From Eledone cirrhosa (lineage: Eukaryota), in the NCBI GenBank assembly GCA_964016885.1, contig OZ024740.1, positions 130,014,001-130,078,000 on the forward strand: a stretch of 64,000 nucleotides of DNA, written 5' to 3'. Shown here piece after piece: positions 24,297 to 39,174 of the stretch (its first letter is position 1; each line of letters opens with the position of its first letter). The notes beneath the pieces were generated by a model. The model was not told the DNA's origin and ran no database searches. It worked only from the letters and a program-made list of their open reading frames with translations. Made by a program: the position numbers and the translations under genes.

Positions 24297-26258
24297 ATGG
24301 AAATGTTCGACCTTGAAACGGTAAACAACGTTCAGGTCAAAAGTTTAAAGGCAGCCACTGCAGATTTCACCACGACTACGACGGCTACAGTCATGCCTGT
24401 CATCCACTCTACTGAATGTGAAGGCAAAACTAAAAACCTACCATCACATCTTCTGGCATAGCAGCAGTATCATCTGAAAACGACATCACCACCACCGCCA
24501 CCACCACCACCACCACAACAACAACAACTCAGAGCAATAACGACAAAAACACCGACAGCTTCAATGTAAACAAGGATGGCGGTGGCAACAGCAAGAATGA
24601 CAACAACAACAATAAGAGCATCAGAAACACCACATTTGCTGCAGCAGCAGCAGCAAAAACAAAGCGCTTATTGAATATCGATATTGATATTAGCGATAAA
24701 GACGAACAGTTGACCAAAGCGTGGAGGCTAATTAAACGGGAGATGTCCTGGGCAAACCTGACCATCCCGGACGAGGCAATAGCGGCCATGCAAAGGAGGA
24801 CGGTGCTCTTTCGATGTATTTCGGTGCAGACACGAAAAGTGGAACTTGCGAGCCAACCAGAGGTAGAGGCTGCGTTGGAGTACATCGGAAGTAACATAGA
24901 GTACAAAGCAAGAGGCAAACAGTTCGGTACCATCTCGGTACTGTTCAAATCCGAGGCCCTCGCTATTAAGCACTCGGTGATCCCCTGCAGAACGGAACGC
25001 ATTATCATGCATCCGTCCTATATGTGTAAAAGGACAGTGAAGGTACGCATTCCCAGCATCCCACCAGGAATGAACATATGGTGGCTGCTGGGATGCGTAA
25101 TCGAGGAGGGGACAGACACCACCCTCCTGGACATCAAAAGGACAGAGAGAGAAGACTGGTCCGGAATGGATTTGGAGATTCTTCTCCAAATGAAACCGGA
25201 GGATATAAATAACATCCCAGATTTTGCCCGCCTGCAGGACGGGACAACAATCCAACTAATGATTGACGGAAGAAGGCCACGCTGCTTCGTTTGCGGTGAA
25301 GCCACGCATCTTCAAGCCTTCTGCCCTCAGCGCAAAAATGCAGGGGTCGCAAACCTCCTTTGTTGCCAACGCCAGTGTCAGCACGGAAAACTGCACCACC
25401 ACCACCAAAAACAACATCAACAAAAACACGGACACCAACATCAAAAGCAGCCGGATCACCACCAACACCAAAACCAATCCAAGGGGAAAACGAGGAAGCT
25501 CTCCCACTCCCCCTACCCTCCCAACTATATACATAGACAAACAAAAAATAAACGCACACACAGACACAGAGACACTCACAGACACAGACCTTTTGTCTTC
25601 CAGCAGCGAGGATGAAGGAAAACCCCAAAGTGCAAAAAAACAGAGAAAACTCACACAAAAAAAAAGCCCCTACAAAACACAAAAACACACACAACAAAAA
25701 ATACAGACACCACTAACGCAGACACATCAGCACCATCAGCAACATCGACACCACCTCCACAATCCCCGAAACGCAAACAACCTAAACAAACACAAGTACA
25801 AATAAACACACAAATACCTGAAATTGCAGACACCACACCTACAACAAACATAGACATACCCGAAACAACACCACCAAAACCATCGCCACCACCTTCACCA
25901 AAACCAAAACAAATTAAACCACACCAACAAAATGTTAAAAAACTTCGTGCTTGTCAGAAGGGCCAACGATAAACTGATGGCCCTCTTAGCGCGAAGCGAG
26001 GACATTCAAACAGAGGGGGAGATTTTTGAAATGAGCACATTTTGCGTGCCAGAAGAATTGCTTCTGGTCCGAATGTCACTCAATTCTTTCAAAGAAATTC
26101 GAGAGAGCTTTCCTCAAGACGTGGGAAACCCGAATGTGAAACCCACATCAAGACTTTTAAAGGGGTTCCCAAAAGAAACCCCACCAACCATGGAGGTCGA
26201 ACCACCCGACCTTCACAAGACCCGGGAGGTAAGTAAAGCTTCCCTCTCTCTCTCTTAG
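24297..26258 (+). pseudogene. LINE ORF1, frameshifted
   Basis: CFVCGEATHLQAFC knuckle. WSGMDLEILLQ matches WSGFGMELVIQ of copy 1. Split across several frames. Confidence 0.75.
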
Positions 26259-26267
26259 CTTACCAAT

Positions 26268-29200
26268 ATGGCCATATTAAGAGTAGGAAGTTTAAATGTT
26301 CGCGGCCTGGGGTCACCCTGGAAGCAGGGTCGCCTGCTCTACGACCTCCGGTCGCTGGAAATGGATGTGATTGCCGTAAGCGAGACCAAAATTTCCGACA
26401 CGCGTGCACTAGCCCCCATTTTCGACGACTATCAGATCTTCGCATCTGTTAGCAGGCCGGGAATGGGGGGTGGGGTGGCAGTGCTGTTTAGGAAAGGACT
26501 GGATCTCGAAGCAAGGTCGATCTTCCGGGACCCGGACGGTAAGTTGGTGGTCTTGGTTGTGAGCAGTAGCGAAAGTGGTGCCTTTAGACTGCTGGCTGCC
26601 TACGCCCCTACAGGGGCCGGACGACCTGACTTCTTTAGGCGCCTGGAGACCTTTCTGGGTACGTCTCGCCCTTCACTGTTAGCGGGGGACTGGAATGGCA
26701 TCTTAGACGCACGCTGGGATTGTGTGGGAGTAGCCGATAGGAGCGGGGGGTGAAAAGCCTCAAGCACCTACTCAGCCAGTTCCAACTGTCTGACAGGTAT
26801 CGACTAGATTTCCCCAATGTGCCAGTATGGGCATGGACCAACCGAATGGGGTCATCTAGATCGTATATAGACAGAATCTTCATTAGGAAAATAGATAGAA
26901 ATAGTGTGGGCTGTCCACTTTTTAAAACGGTCGCCTATTCAGATCACAAATTTGTGATCTGTACGGTCGACCTAAATAAAACGCGTAGGTTAGGACCGGG
27001 TTACTGGAAGCTGAACATGTCATTTCCGGCACGTAAGGCTTACAGGGACCGAGTCAATAAGTTAGTTAAGCAAAATTTGACAGGGTGGATCATCAACAAC
27101 AGATGGTGGGGGGCTCTCAAAAGAGAGATTAGAGTAACTTCGATAGAGTTCAGCAAAGAACTAGCGTTAGAGAAAAATAGAAAGGAGGGGGAGCTGGTAG
27201 ATAAGTTAGACGAGGCTATTTGTAGTGGCATTGCAACTGACGTGCTAGCGGCGAGAATGGCATTAGACTATTTCTTCAATGCCAAACACGAAGGTTGCAT
27301 TGTCAGAGCTAAGGCGCGTGCGCTGAGAAACGAGGGAACTAAAGCTGTTCGATGGGCCCGCGTGGCGGAGGCGCAGCGTGGTAATAAAACCACAATTCGG
27401 TCTTTGGCGGACCGAGACGGACACGAGATAAGCGATTCCAAGCGGATGTGTGAGGCCTTTCGCCAGCACTTTGCTCGGTTGTTCGGGGAGAGTGGCAAGT
27501 CAGAGAGAGTAGCGGATTTCAGTCCCTACCTTGACGGCTTGCCGCGCATCTCGACGGTCGACGCTGAGCGCTGGGAAAGGCCGATTACTTCAGCCGAAAT
27601 TCAGGACGCCCTTGTCGGCTGCATGAGGCGCAAGTCACCCGGCTTGGATGGCCTGCCCTACGAGCTTTACGTAAATATGCCAGACTTGTTCTCCGAACTC
27701 CTCGAAGAACTCTACTGTAACTGGCAGCAGAATGGGAGTATTCCCAGTTCTGTGAGCAGGAGAGTGGTGACGATGATAAGGAAAGACGAGAACAAGAGGG
27801 ATACATTAGAAAACTGCTCAACACAGAGTTTAAAATATTGGCCAAGGTGTTAGCAAAGAGATTGGCGCTTGTCGTCGAGGATATGGTTGGGGAGGCGCAA
27901 ACTTGCGCAATCCCAGCCAGGTCCATACACGACAATCTCCACCTCATGCGATACATCATAGAGAGGGTAGGGTGTAAACCTGGCTTCGGTGGGGCACAGA
28001 TCAATTTAGATCAATCGAAAGCATTCGATAGGGTCGACCATCGGTATCTGGAGTTTGTCCTCAAAGCAGCTGGCTTCGGCCCTGTCTTTAGAAGCTAGAT
28101 CGTTGCAATGCACAGCGGCACACGCTCGGTGGTCAAAGTTAATGGCCACCTCTCGGAACCATTTCGGCTCTCCCGATCGGTCCGTCAAGGGTGCCCTCTC
28201 TCTTCCCTTCTGTACGTATTGACTCTCAAGCCTTTACTGCGGAAGCTGGAGCTGTTGCAGGGCATCCCACTCGAACCGGGACGTGGAAAGGCGGTGTTGG
28301 CTTATGCGGACGACATCACCGTGATGGTGTCGAACACCTCAGAAATCGAGGTGATCGGCACCTTATTGAAGGAATATGAAAGGTTGACAGGAGCCAAACT
28401 TAACCCGGAAAAGTCGGTGGGCTTGCAGCTCGGAACCTGAAGAGGCAAGCCCATGCCGTACAACAGCGTAGTGGGGCGCTGGACGGACGGACCAGTAAAG
28501 TTGCTCGGGGTTTGGTTCGGACCAGACCTCCAGGTGGAAAATAATTGGGACGAGGTAACGAGCAGGGTAGCCAGTCTCACCCAAAAATGGGCTGGGAGGA
28601 AGCTATCACTGAAAGGTCGCGCGGAGGTGGCGAATGCGTACATCGCGTCCGTCATCTATTACCGCCTAACCGTCGTGCCTTGCCCCCGTCCGCGCCTAGT
28701 CAAGTTGGAACGGCTCCTCGTCAAATTCTTGTGGAGGGGACAAGTTCCGTTGGTGAGGCGGTCCATCTGCTGCCAGCACCCTCTACGCGGAGGGCTGGGC
28801 ATGCCGTGGCTAATGATGCACAGACATGTGTTGAGGCTGCGACATCTCCAGATATTCTGCCTCAATGGTGAACAGGTGTGGTCGCCGTTTATCAGACGGG
28901 CCTTTCCGCAGCTCATTCTTTGACTGAGCTGCAGTCCTGGGTCAAGAAGAGACCGAAACTGGGTGACTGGCACCTGGAGTGTTGCCAGGCACTCACTGCC
29001 CTTTACCAAGCGGGCAATGCGATCAGTGGAACTTCCACTCTCGAGTTCTATAGATGATTAATGGTGGGCAAGTGCGATGACGCACTCGGAGAAGCTTTGG
29101 GCCTCGACGAAGTCGAACTGACCAGTCTATACCGGAGGACTTTTGAGCCGGGGACGATGGACAATTTCCAGAAATCCCTCGCTTGGCATTGCTACCGGGG

Positions 29201-29663
29201 GGCACTGCCGGTTCGGGATAAACTCTACAGGCACGGAAGTGCTGTCAGACGGACCTGCCCAAGATGCGCACAGAACGACGAAACCGTTCTGCACGCACTT
29301 GTCCAATGTCCGTGCATTACTGACTTGTGGAGTTATGTCGAACAGCTACTGTCGCATGTGGAACGAATCCAGTTATCGGCCGAGTCCATAGTGAAGATCG
29401 AGCCGCCACCTTCCTTAGGTCAGGAAGAGCAGGACATTTTCCTCTGTCTGGTGGCAGTTGCGAAAGAGATTATATGGTGGACCAGGTTGAAAGGACTAAA
29501 GACAGACACTTTTCTCTTCGGCCAATCCCTCATCAACTTCTTCAAGTTTCACCTGGAAAGGAGGGTGAGGGTGGAGAGAGAAGTGCTGCCCCCCAGTACA
29601 TTTGCTAAAAGGTGGGTGAATGTGGCGAGAATGGCTCGTGTGACTCTGACCATGCGCCTATAG
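26268..29663 (+). pseudogene. LINE ORF2 (APE-RT-CCHC), disrupted
   Basis: SLNVRG, SETK, GDWN, SDH, GYWKLN, KSPGLDG, DQSKAFDRV, RQGCPLS, YADD, CPRCAQNDETVLHALVQC. Multiple stops and frameshifts. Confidence 0.92.
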
Positions 29664-31951
29664 GCTGGCTAACTTGAGGAGAGGGGTGTCTCTCCTGGGT
29701 GCCCTAGAAGCGCAGGGTGGTTCAGGATTGGTGGGGTACCCGAATCACCCCAGGGTCGTCCACCCCCTATCGGGGAATTTATTTTGTTATATTTTGCATA
29801 GTTTATTTTATATTTTATATTTTCATTGTTAAATTAGTCTTGCCATTGTGCACAGGACTTACATGTATCTCGGAGTAAGTAACTTTTGTGATGTCATACC
29901 ACTCCGCCCAGGACAGCTTGCGTAAGTCCATCTCCAGTTTTTGCAACGTTTGGTGAGGAATACAATGCAATTTTTAACAGACAACTCTACCTAAATGTTA
30001 AATGACCCCCTTTTTCTTCTGTGTGAATTCAGATGCGGATGTATTTACTGCTCCGACCGTATTGCAGTATGTTTGTTGTCTCATTCGAGCAGATGACCAA
30101 TTTGTTAATTTTCTCAGATAGGTGAAGTTATAACTGACTCATAAATTTACATCCCACTTGAAATGATATTATATAGAAAATGGATGTGTTATGTTTCATT
30201 TCCGTTACCTTTATTTAGAATACAATGGTTGCTTTTCCTAAAATAAGCACAATACATAAAACGTTCCGGTTGAGTAACATCAATTTTATCCAAAAAGCAT
30301 ATATATGAGAATCACAACTGGGAAAATGATGTACAAAACAACCCACTAAAAGTTTGGAATCAGACGGTAAAGATATATAATTATGTACCTCAATATGGCA
30401 TTTCCGTTGCTCTGATGATTCTACCATATATTTAATACAATATTGTTCATGTATTATTATATTAGCAATGTTGTTCATATATTATTATATTACCGTAACA
30501 GAATTTTCAGAGAATTAGGAACGCTGAAATTAATTGAAATGTGTATGATCGGTGAATTATTCCCGTTAACATGTATGCTAAAACAAACTATCGCTTATTT
30601 GTGTGAATTCCTAATTCTGAATTTAGTATACCGTAATATTTTCTATTAAATAGCTTGTAAGATTGCTCGCCCATTTAGGAAGTTGTAAATACCGTTAATT
30701 AATTACATATTGTTATATAATTAGTTTACTATTTATTTCGCCAAATGCTCTGTTTATGAACCAAATATTTCTAATTGACACATTTATGTAATTTCATAAT
30801 GGCAATCTATAACTGAGTGAATGGGAGAAAATAATCAGCCACAGAGACAAAATTGAATAATCGATATAAATGACAATAACAGGTATTGCAGAAGAAAGTT
30901 TGAAGGTCAAAGACTAATATAATATAATGTAGAAAAATGACAGGAAAAATATGGTATATAGCCCACTGAAACTAAAATTCGAATGTGTATACCGGTAACC
31001 ATTCATCCTATCTAGAATAAAGATTAATTATTTCCAATATGTAAGCAGATTTGTTACTATGCACTTATTGATTGCTCAGATGATCAACATGATGATGGGA
31101 ATGTTCCTACAATTAACTCGAACATAATTTAACTTACCTTCTATTCAAGTAGCTTTGCCCTGTTGATTATCAAATACATATTAGTCAATTAACTATAAGA
31201 TTCCAATCAGGAAAATATTTCAATAATAAAATATAGTTTTTAGCCATTTGTAGAAGCATTAGGGATGTAATTATAAGCTTTGTGATATGTTATAACGGAA
31301 GATGTCTACAATTTGAAATATTTCTGACAGACTTTGTGTGTACAGACAACACTTGATAGCATTGTATTGAAACAGAAATATAAAAACATTTTTTAGTTTT
31401 TTAGGTTGGGGTTTATATTGTTCTGTAAAATAAGGTGATATAATACTAATCAACTGACGAAACAATAACCTGCAAGCTAAAATACACGGAACATTGCATT
31501 CTACAATCTAACAATCAGACGCTCAGTTGAGATGTACTTAGCAATCGTTAGACTTACTGAAACATATTAAGAGTAGCGTAAGATATGACTCTACGACCCA
31601 TCTCATAATATATGATATCAAGAATGTTTTTAATAAAATGTGAAAGAATGGTAGATAGGATGTATTCGTATTGCATCATATACATTGCTCTGCCATCATT
31701 ACTTAGGAATTTATTCGTTTTCAGTACTAATTCAACGTGGTCAATTGTATATTTCACTTCAGGTGATGATCAAAGAATTACTAGATTAGGGCAGAAGCCG
31801 GTATAAATGATTGTTTTGAAAACACTTATGAAGTGTTATCGCTATAAAATACATCCATTTCATTTCGCTTCTTCCTATTTAATCGCGAAACGTTACGATG
31901 GTGATACTAGTTATATGCTTTTAATACATAGTTAACCTGAAACAATATCAT

Positions 31952-31989
<38 letters not shown>

Positions 31990-32069
31990 TACAAAATATA
32001 AGATGAACACAAACATAAAGACAATTACCGCTCGTCGGATGCCTGATGCTGCTCGCTGATGTTTCGATG

Positions 32070-32127
<58 letters not shown>

Positions 32128-32272
32128 AAACTTTGGGAGGGTCATGTTGCCAATAAGAAACACACGCACCAGATGTTTCACTTCAATTTATTATAATACA
32201 TTTATAAATTTAGGAATTTATAAATTTCCGGTTGGTTTGTTGGTTCCATAATCAGATGGTTGTTTATATATT

Positions 32273-32315
32273 GTCAAAGTTATTTCGTCACACATTATGT
32301 GATCTCTTCAGTGAC
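32273..32315 (-). ncRNA. Type I hammerhead motif in inverted pLTR
   Basis: GTCA-CTGAAGA-GATCACATAATGTGTGAC-GAAA-TAACTT^TGAC. Confidence 0.65.
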
Positions 32316-32572
32316 TGGGGATTATTTTCTTTGTTTTTGTGCCTCTCCTTTGTTCTGGCCTACGCCATTTTGTTTCTGTGTGTGTGTTGTGTGCTCAGTC
32401 TGCGCATGCGCCACATCCGGGTGTCTGTGTGTGTTTATATTCGTTTATTTATTTGTTTATTTACATGTTACAGGTGGTTGTTTGTTCTATGTGCGTGTGT
32501 GTTTTCATTTTGTCCTTAATTGTAAGATGTGATGTTGCTGTTCCACTCATATTTTCTATTTAATTCATTGAA

Positions 32573-34324
32573 ATGTCCCCAGATGTATGTGACAGCACGG
32601 AGGACCTCCCCAGCAGAATCAGCGGGAGTAACCGATCTAGGGACCTAACAAACTGCATAATAGGTAGTATGGATGTTGTGTCCTTGTATCCATCTATTGA
32701 TGTGGATTTTGCTGTGGAGAAATGCGTAGAAATGATCAGTGAGAGCAATGTTGAGTTCCGTGGGATTGACACCGGTGAGCTGGGACTCCTACTTAAACTT
32801 ACCTATAGTAATAATTACCTAGACACATATGACCTTAGCAACCTGTGCCCTACTAGATCAGCAAGAGGCAGACTACCTACCATTACCTCAATGGCCAAGA
32901 AAACCATAACAGATAGATGGAACGGGTGGACCAGAGCCATACGGACACCTGAAAACCACGATGAACTGAAGAAAATGATTGCACATGCGGTGGGGGCCAG
33001 CATAAAATTAACCCTTAAGGAACATATGTTCAAATTTAATGGAAAAACATATGCCCGAGAGGAAGGAGCAGCCATTGGTGTTAGCATTGCAGGTGACATA
33101 GCTAACTTATTCATGGTATGGTGGGACAGTAGACTTAAACTTAAACTTAAAGAACAATTAGAAGACCCCTTAACCCTGATAATGTACTCCCGCAACGTTC
33201 ATGATATAAACATCGTAGTTAAAACACCCGCACTAGAGAACAGTCAGGAATTACAGAAAAACACAATGGAAAGCATCCAGCAAATAGCTAACTCCATCCA
33301 CCAGAGTATTAGAGTTACTACAGACTACCCAAGTAAACACACCAACCATCTATTACCTGTACTAGACACAACACTCTGGTTAGATACCATTAATAACAAA
33401 AAACAAATCCTCCATTCCCATTATGCCAAACCCATGACTTCCAAATATCTGATCCACCGAAACTCAGCTGTTTCAGACCATACCAAAATCAACATACTGA
33501 TTGCGGATTTGGTACGGGTGATGAGAAACGTGTCCCGCATGTGCAGCCCCGAAGAACTAGAGAGACACATACAACACTTCATCCACCGTATGCAGTTTTC
33601 TGGTTACAATCAGAGAGATAAAATCAGAGTGTATAGAGGAGCCAGAACCAACTAGGAAAAAATGGTAAATAATGACACAAATGGGACCTGCCACTTGTAT
33701 AGGAGCAAATTTTGGAATAGAATAGAAAGAACTAGGAATAGGGCTAATAGATTAAACTCATGGTATGATAGCAATAAATACCAGAGTGTAATGTTCATCG
33801 ATACAACCCCTAGAGGTGAATTAGCTTACAAATTTAGAAGGGCCCTAGACAAACATAAACTCAATATTAAGATAGTAGAAATACCAGGTACCTCCGTAAA
33901 AACTCTTATTAGCAAGACATACCCTTTTCAAAGACCCCCCTGTATAGATAAGAAATGTATAACCTGTAAATTAAGCCCCCATATTAACTGTAAAACTAGA
34001 AAAGTAGTATATAGCATAAGATGTACTGAAGGACAATGTAGAGACAAAAATATAGTGTACATAGGTGAGACAGCTCGTAGTGTAGGGGAACGGATAAACG
34101 AACACTGGCGAGACCTTCAAGATAGTAAAGAATCATCTGTACTCTACCAACATGCTAAAATAGAACATAAGGTTAAATTAGAGTACATAGAAATAAAAAT
34201 AGAATCTACACACAGAAAAGACGCAATGTTTAGACAAATCACAGAGGCAATAAACATAAAAGAATTACAACCAAAATTAAATAGAAAATATGAGTGGAAC
34301 AGCAACATCACAACTTACAATTAA
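32573..34324 (+). pseudogene. PLE RT plus GIY-YIG endonuclease, one in-frame stop at 33653-33655
   Basis: GSMDVVSLYPSI, EGAAIGVSIAGDIANLFM, YSRNVHDI (degenerate YVDD), LPVLD, HYAKPM, Cys linker CIDKKCITC…C, VVYSIRC…YIGETARSVGERINEH, RQITEAINI…LN. Confidence 0.9.
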
Positions 34325-34525
34325 GGACAAAATGAAAACACACACGCACATAGAACAAACAACCAACCTGTAACATGTAAATAAACAAATAAATAAACGA
34401 ATATAAACACACACAGACACCCGGATGTGGCGCATGCACAGACTGAGCACACAACACACACACAGAAACAAAATGGCGTAGGACAGAACAAAGGAGAGGC
34501 ACAAAAACAAAGAAAATAATCCCCA

Positions 34526-34568
34526 GTCACTGAAGAGGTCACAGAATGTGTGACGAAAGAACTTTGAA
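34526..34568 (+). ncRNA. Type I hammerhead motif in 3' pLTR
   Basis: GTCA-CTGAAGA-G-GTCACA-GAATG-TGTGAC-GAAA-GAACTT^TGAA. Confidence 0.65.
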
Positions 34569-34776
34569 AATATATAAACAACCATCTGATTATGGAACCA
34601 ACCAACTAACCGGAAATTTATAAATTCCTGAATTTATAAATTTATTATAATAAATTGAAGTGAAAGCAACTGATGCGTGTGTTTCTTATTGGCAACATGA
34701 CCCTGCCAAAGTATAACAATATCGGTTTCAACACACGTTTTCAGATAAAGAATCTTGCTAAACAAATTCAGAAACG

Positions 34777-34849
<73 letters not shown>

Positions 34850-36502
34850 CATAACAAAATAAGTATAATTAAACAGCGAACTAAAACATTTTTTTAAATG
34901 GAAAACCTTAAAAAATATTTAGGAGCTATATGCTCATTTCCGTGTTCTTTTTTTTTTATTTTTTTCCCTATATATACAAAAAAAAACTCATGAAGAAAAT
35001 TACCATAAATTTTTGTTTGGGGATTATTGGTGATATTAAAAATTATTTTACTTCGAATATATTTTTCAGTGTCCGTATTGCATCACACTAGTATTTAAAT
35101 CGTGAAAGGATAGCCATAGAGAACTTCAGATTATCAAATACCACAGTATCACAAATGTACACAATATATTTACGATTAAATCTCCATATTGGTAAAAGAA
35201 AAAAAAGATATAATGACAAGACGATGCCAAATATATTTGAAACCCAATAATTAAATTGCAAAAGGGCGAAATGTCATAGTACTGTATGTGTTATCGTATC
35301 TTAAGCATTGTTATTTTAATCTCATCATTATGATACCAGAACAGCGATGTATTTCAAGAACGATTCAGTTATGCATTCACAGAAACCCTTAAAAGATACA
35401 GAGACAAAACATTCTTCAAAATACATATATATTGGTAATATAGTGAAAAGAATTATGAGGTAAACCTCCCCATTTATTGCCCTGAGAGCATATCATCACT
35501 CGGAGGAATTTGCTCCGAAATGTAAAAAATACACTATTATTCACAAGGACGAAAATAACATATTCCGCATTAGTCTTTCTGCTCTTACATTAAATATGCT
35601 TGCCATTTCCACATTATACATGAACTTTAAATTGATTACGTAATCAAATACTTTTGAATCTAGATGATACTAATTGGAGTGATCACTAATAATTACTCTG
35701 AAAATTATGTCTAAACAAATATATTTTCATTAACATAACAGCCCTAACAAATCTAATTGCGTTAATGTAACTGTCCACACACAAAATGAAATACATGAAA
35801 CTACGGCAGCATCAACTACCTCAAATTTAGGCATAGCATGCATAATAGATGTAGGTATGTGTATGTATGTGCATGTCTAACTCTATATTTACATATGCAT
35901 GTACAGCTGACTGAAGGTTATAAGGAAATAGGATACGATAAAAAACAACTTATTTTAAGTCATAGTGTTGTTGAAAAGATTGAACAATATGCTACTGTAA
36001 AAAATAATTCAATTAAAATTTTATTGAATACGATATTAGTTGGAAATATCTCCTCCAAATATATTTTGAACTTTAACATGTTTTATTACAAGCCGTGGGT
36101 TTGTAACAAGAATAATGGCATATTCATTACATACTATTCAATGTATTACTGGAATGAGAGTTCAATATCTCGATATAACTTCTCTATACACTGACAGATT
36201 TCTATTTACGATGTCACTCTTGGACTGAAAAGCAATTCCTAAATGAATAAATAAATACACGCATTTTATGAAGCACATTTAATGAACCAACATTTAAAAT
36301 ACATTTTGAAATATAACATAACGTATTGTAAGTTAATGAATTAATTTTCTTTCCTTTCTGATTGACAACGCACGCAAAAACATAGATTTATACACACACA
36401 CACACACACACACATACACACACACAGACACACACACACACATATATGTATATATATAGAGAGATAAATATACACGGGTGTGTATGATCGTGTTTAGAAG
36501 AT

Positions 36503-37055
<553 letters not shown>

Positions 37056-37145
37056 CTTGTACACATGTCTCTATGTACACATATGCAGATAGCTGTCGAA
37101 ACAATCTGAGCTCAGCAGTTGGGGTGCTGAATCTTTTCCTATAAC

Positions 37146-37202
<57 letters not shown>

Positions 37203-37249
37203 AGGTAAAATAAAAAGTCAAATGTTTAAAATTTAGCTTCGTTTATTAC

Positions 37250-37300
37250 TGCTGTATATATTTCGGTCACAGCCATCTTTGGCTGTGACCTCTTCAGGCA
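37250..37300 (-). ncRNA. Type I hammerhead motif (cleavage site possibly mutated)
   Basis: TGC-CTGAAGA-GGTCACAGCCA-AAGA-TGGCTGTGACC-GAAA-TATATACA-GCA. Perfect 11-bp stem II. Confidence 0.65.
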
Positions 37301-38692
37301 TTCGAATTAGTGTGGTATAGACAATTACATATGTTGTTGAGGTGTATAATTTTGTCAATATTCTGATATGCCCAGTTCCTGGTTGGGTTGTTATTTCACT
37401 GAGGAACTGGAATCATGTTAATTTCTACTTCTAATTTCAGGTCATAATTTGTAAAGAATTCTATAATTACTTTCTTTACTCTATTTAGTTCGATATGATT
37501 ATGTCTAACTACAGTAAATAATATGTTGTCTCTATATAAACAACCGGTTTATATAGAATTATTATATATAAACCACCGGTGTATTTAAAATTATTATCAA
37601 AATTATTCATTTTACAATATAAACATTTGTCATTTACTTATAGGATTAATAAGTAGTTATATTTACTAATTAAAGTATTATTATTTCGATTCTAATTCCG
37701 TAACTATATCATAATATTTGTAATTGAAAAGAAGACCGAAGCTTTGATACCACGGCAACCCCGAATATATTTTAAAGACCATAAAGGACATTTCGAAGAG
37801 GACTTACCTGTTAGACTTATCGCACATTCGAAGGCAGACCTTGGAATAATTAGTAAAAACATAATACATATGATTTTGCCAACTTTTTACACGTACCCTT
37901 TAACTTAAACTCAGGCCTTTATTACCCATTTCATAAACTCAATTAATACCTGAATTATGTTAATTTTTACTCTAATCATCCTAAAAGTGTTAAAAATGCA
38001 ATATTCAATAGTGTTCAACAACGAATATCCAGACTTTCTGCTAACAGATCGATTTTTAATAGTAAAGCAGGATAGTATAATGAAGCGTTACATACAGTAG
38101 GATATAACAGTAATATTGAACATGTAGAAACAAATAATATTATTATAAACACAATATTCATAATAATAATAAAAAAAAACTAACTGTAAAAATAACAATT
38201 TGGAGAAAAAATCGGGGAAACAAATTAGGACTAGATATATGATTTGGGGCGCCCCACCTGCATCTTTAGCTATTAAAAAACCTTTAGCGCATTTATTTTT
38301 TAAAGCCTTAGCTAAATGTTTCCCTAGATCACATAAGTATTACCCTATCTTCAACAGACACACAGTTAAACTCTCTTATTCAACAACTATGAATATTGCT
38401 CAAAATATTGCAAACATTAATAGCAAAATTCTTAATTTGAACCAGAATATAATTACCGATAATAAAAATAATAATAATAATAACACAGTAGCTAATATGA
38501 ATAACAATAACAATAGTTTAAATACGTATAATAGTAGAACACTTAGAAATAATAACAATGATAATACGAATACTTTAGGTTATAGAAATAACACGGAATT
38601 GAACTGTAACTGTAGAAGGAAATCTGAATGCCCTTTTCAAAACATTGCCTTGATAAGAATTTAGTATATAAATGTACAATTAATACAAATAA

Positions 38693-38791
38693 TAATTGTT
38701 TCTACTTTAGGCACAAGGCCAGCAATTACCCAGTGCATTACTGATACTTTATTTTATCGACCCCGTAAGGATGAAAGGCAAAGTCAACCTA
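38693..38791 (-). mobile_element. 5'-truncated SINE inside the PLE endonuclease remnant
   Basis: Matches the 3' half of the 2609 SINE in reverse. Confidence 0.85.
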
Positions 38792-39174
38792 TACTTATAA
38801 CTACATTGGTGCCACTTCATCGAACTTTAAGTTTCGCCTTTCCAGTAATAAGCATTCTTTCCCAAATCCAGATAAAAATCTTTCTACTTCATTATCACAA
38901 TTAATAAGTTGTTTAAAAGAGAAAAAACATATTAAATACTCAATTTCTTGGTGTAAACTTAGAAACACTGAGTCCTATCGGAACGCTTCCATCTCACCAA
39001 ATCCAATCTTTGCAATTTAGAAACTCTATTAATAATTACCAATTATGGTAATTTAATTAACCAAAAAAAAAAACGATTTATTTGCAAATTGCCTCCATAA
39101 ATCTGGAAAAACATTTCAAGCATCATACAAATTTAAGAAAAAATACTGACTAAGAGGAGAACATAATATATACT

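Larger units (their letters stand above)
24094..29830 (+). mobile_element. Full-length L1/Tx1-like LINE, copy 2 (different subfamily)
   Basis: Same architecture. ORF2 is clearly homologous to copy 1 while ORF1 is much more diverged. The 3' end is approximate. Confidence 0.88.
32122..34779 (+). mobile_element. 5'-truncated Penelope-like element (Neptune-like) with ~445-bp inverted pLTR
   Basis: 32122-32565 is the reverse complement of ~34273-34720, followed by a ~60-bp tail. (TA)n on both sides. Confidence 0.9.

Noticed and set aside
13663-29608. Antisense and alternate-frame ORFs overlapping the LINE ORFs
   Set aside because: Shadow ORFs of GC-richer retrotransposon coding sequence with no domain motifs.
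31985-32072. Short GC-richer island between (TA)n tracts with GAAAC and CCGACGA on minus
   Set aside because: Motif order and pairing do not fit a hammerhead; probably a PLE tail fragment but unsupported.
35330-35720. Possible ancient RT relic
   Set aside because: Only a vague resemblance to RT motifs; too decayed to call.
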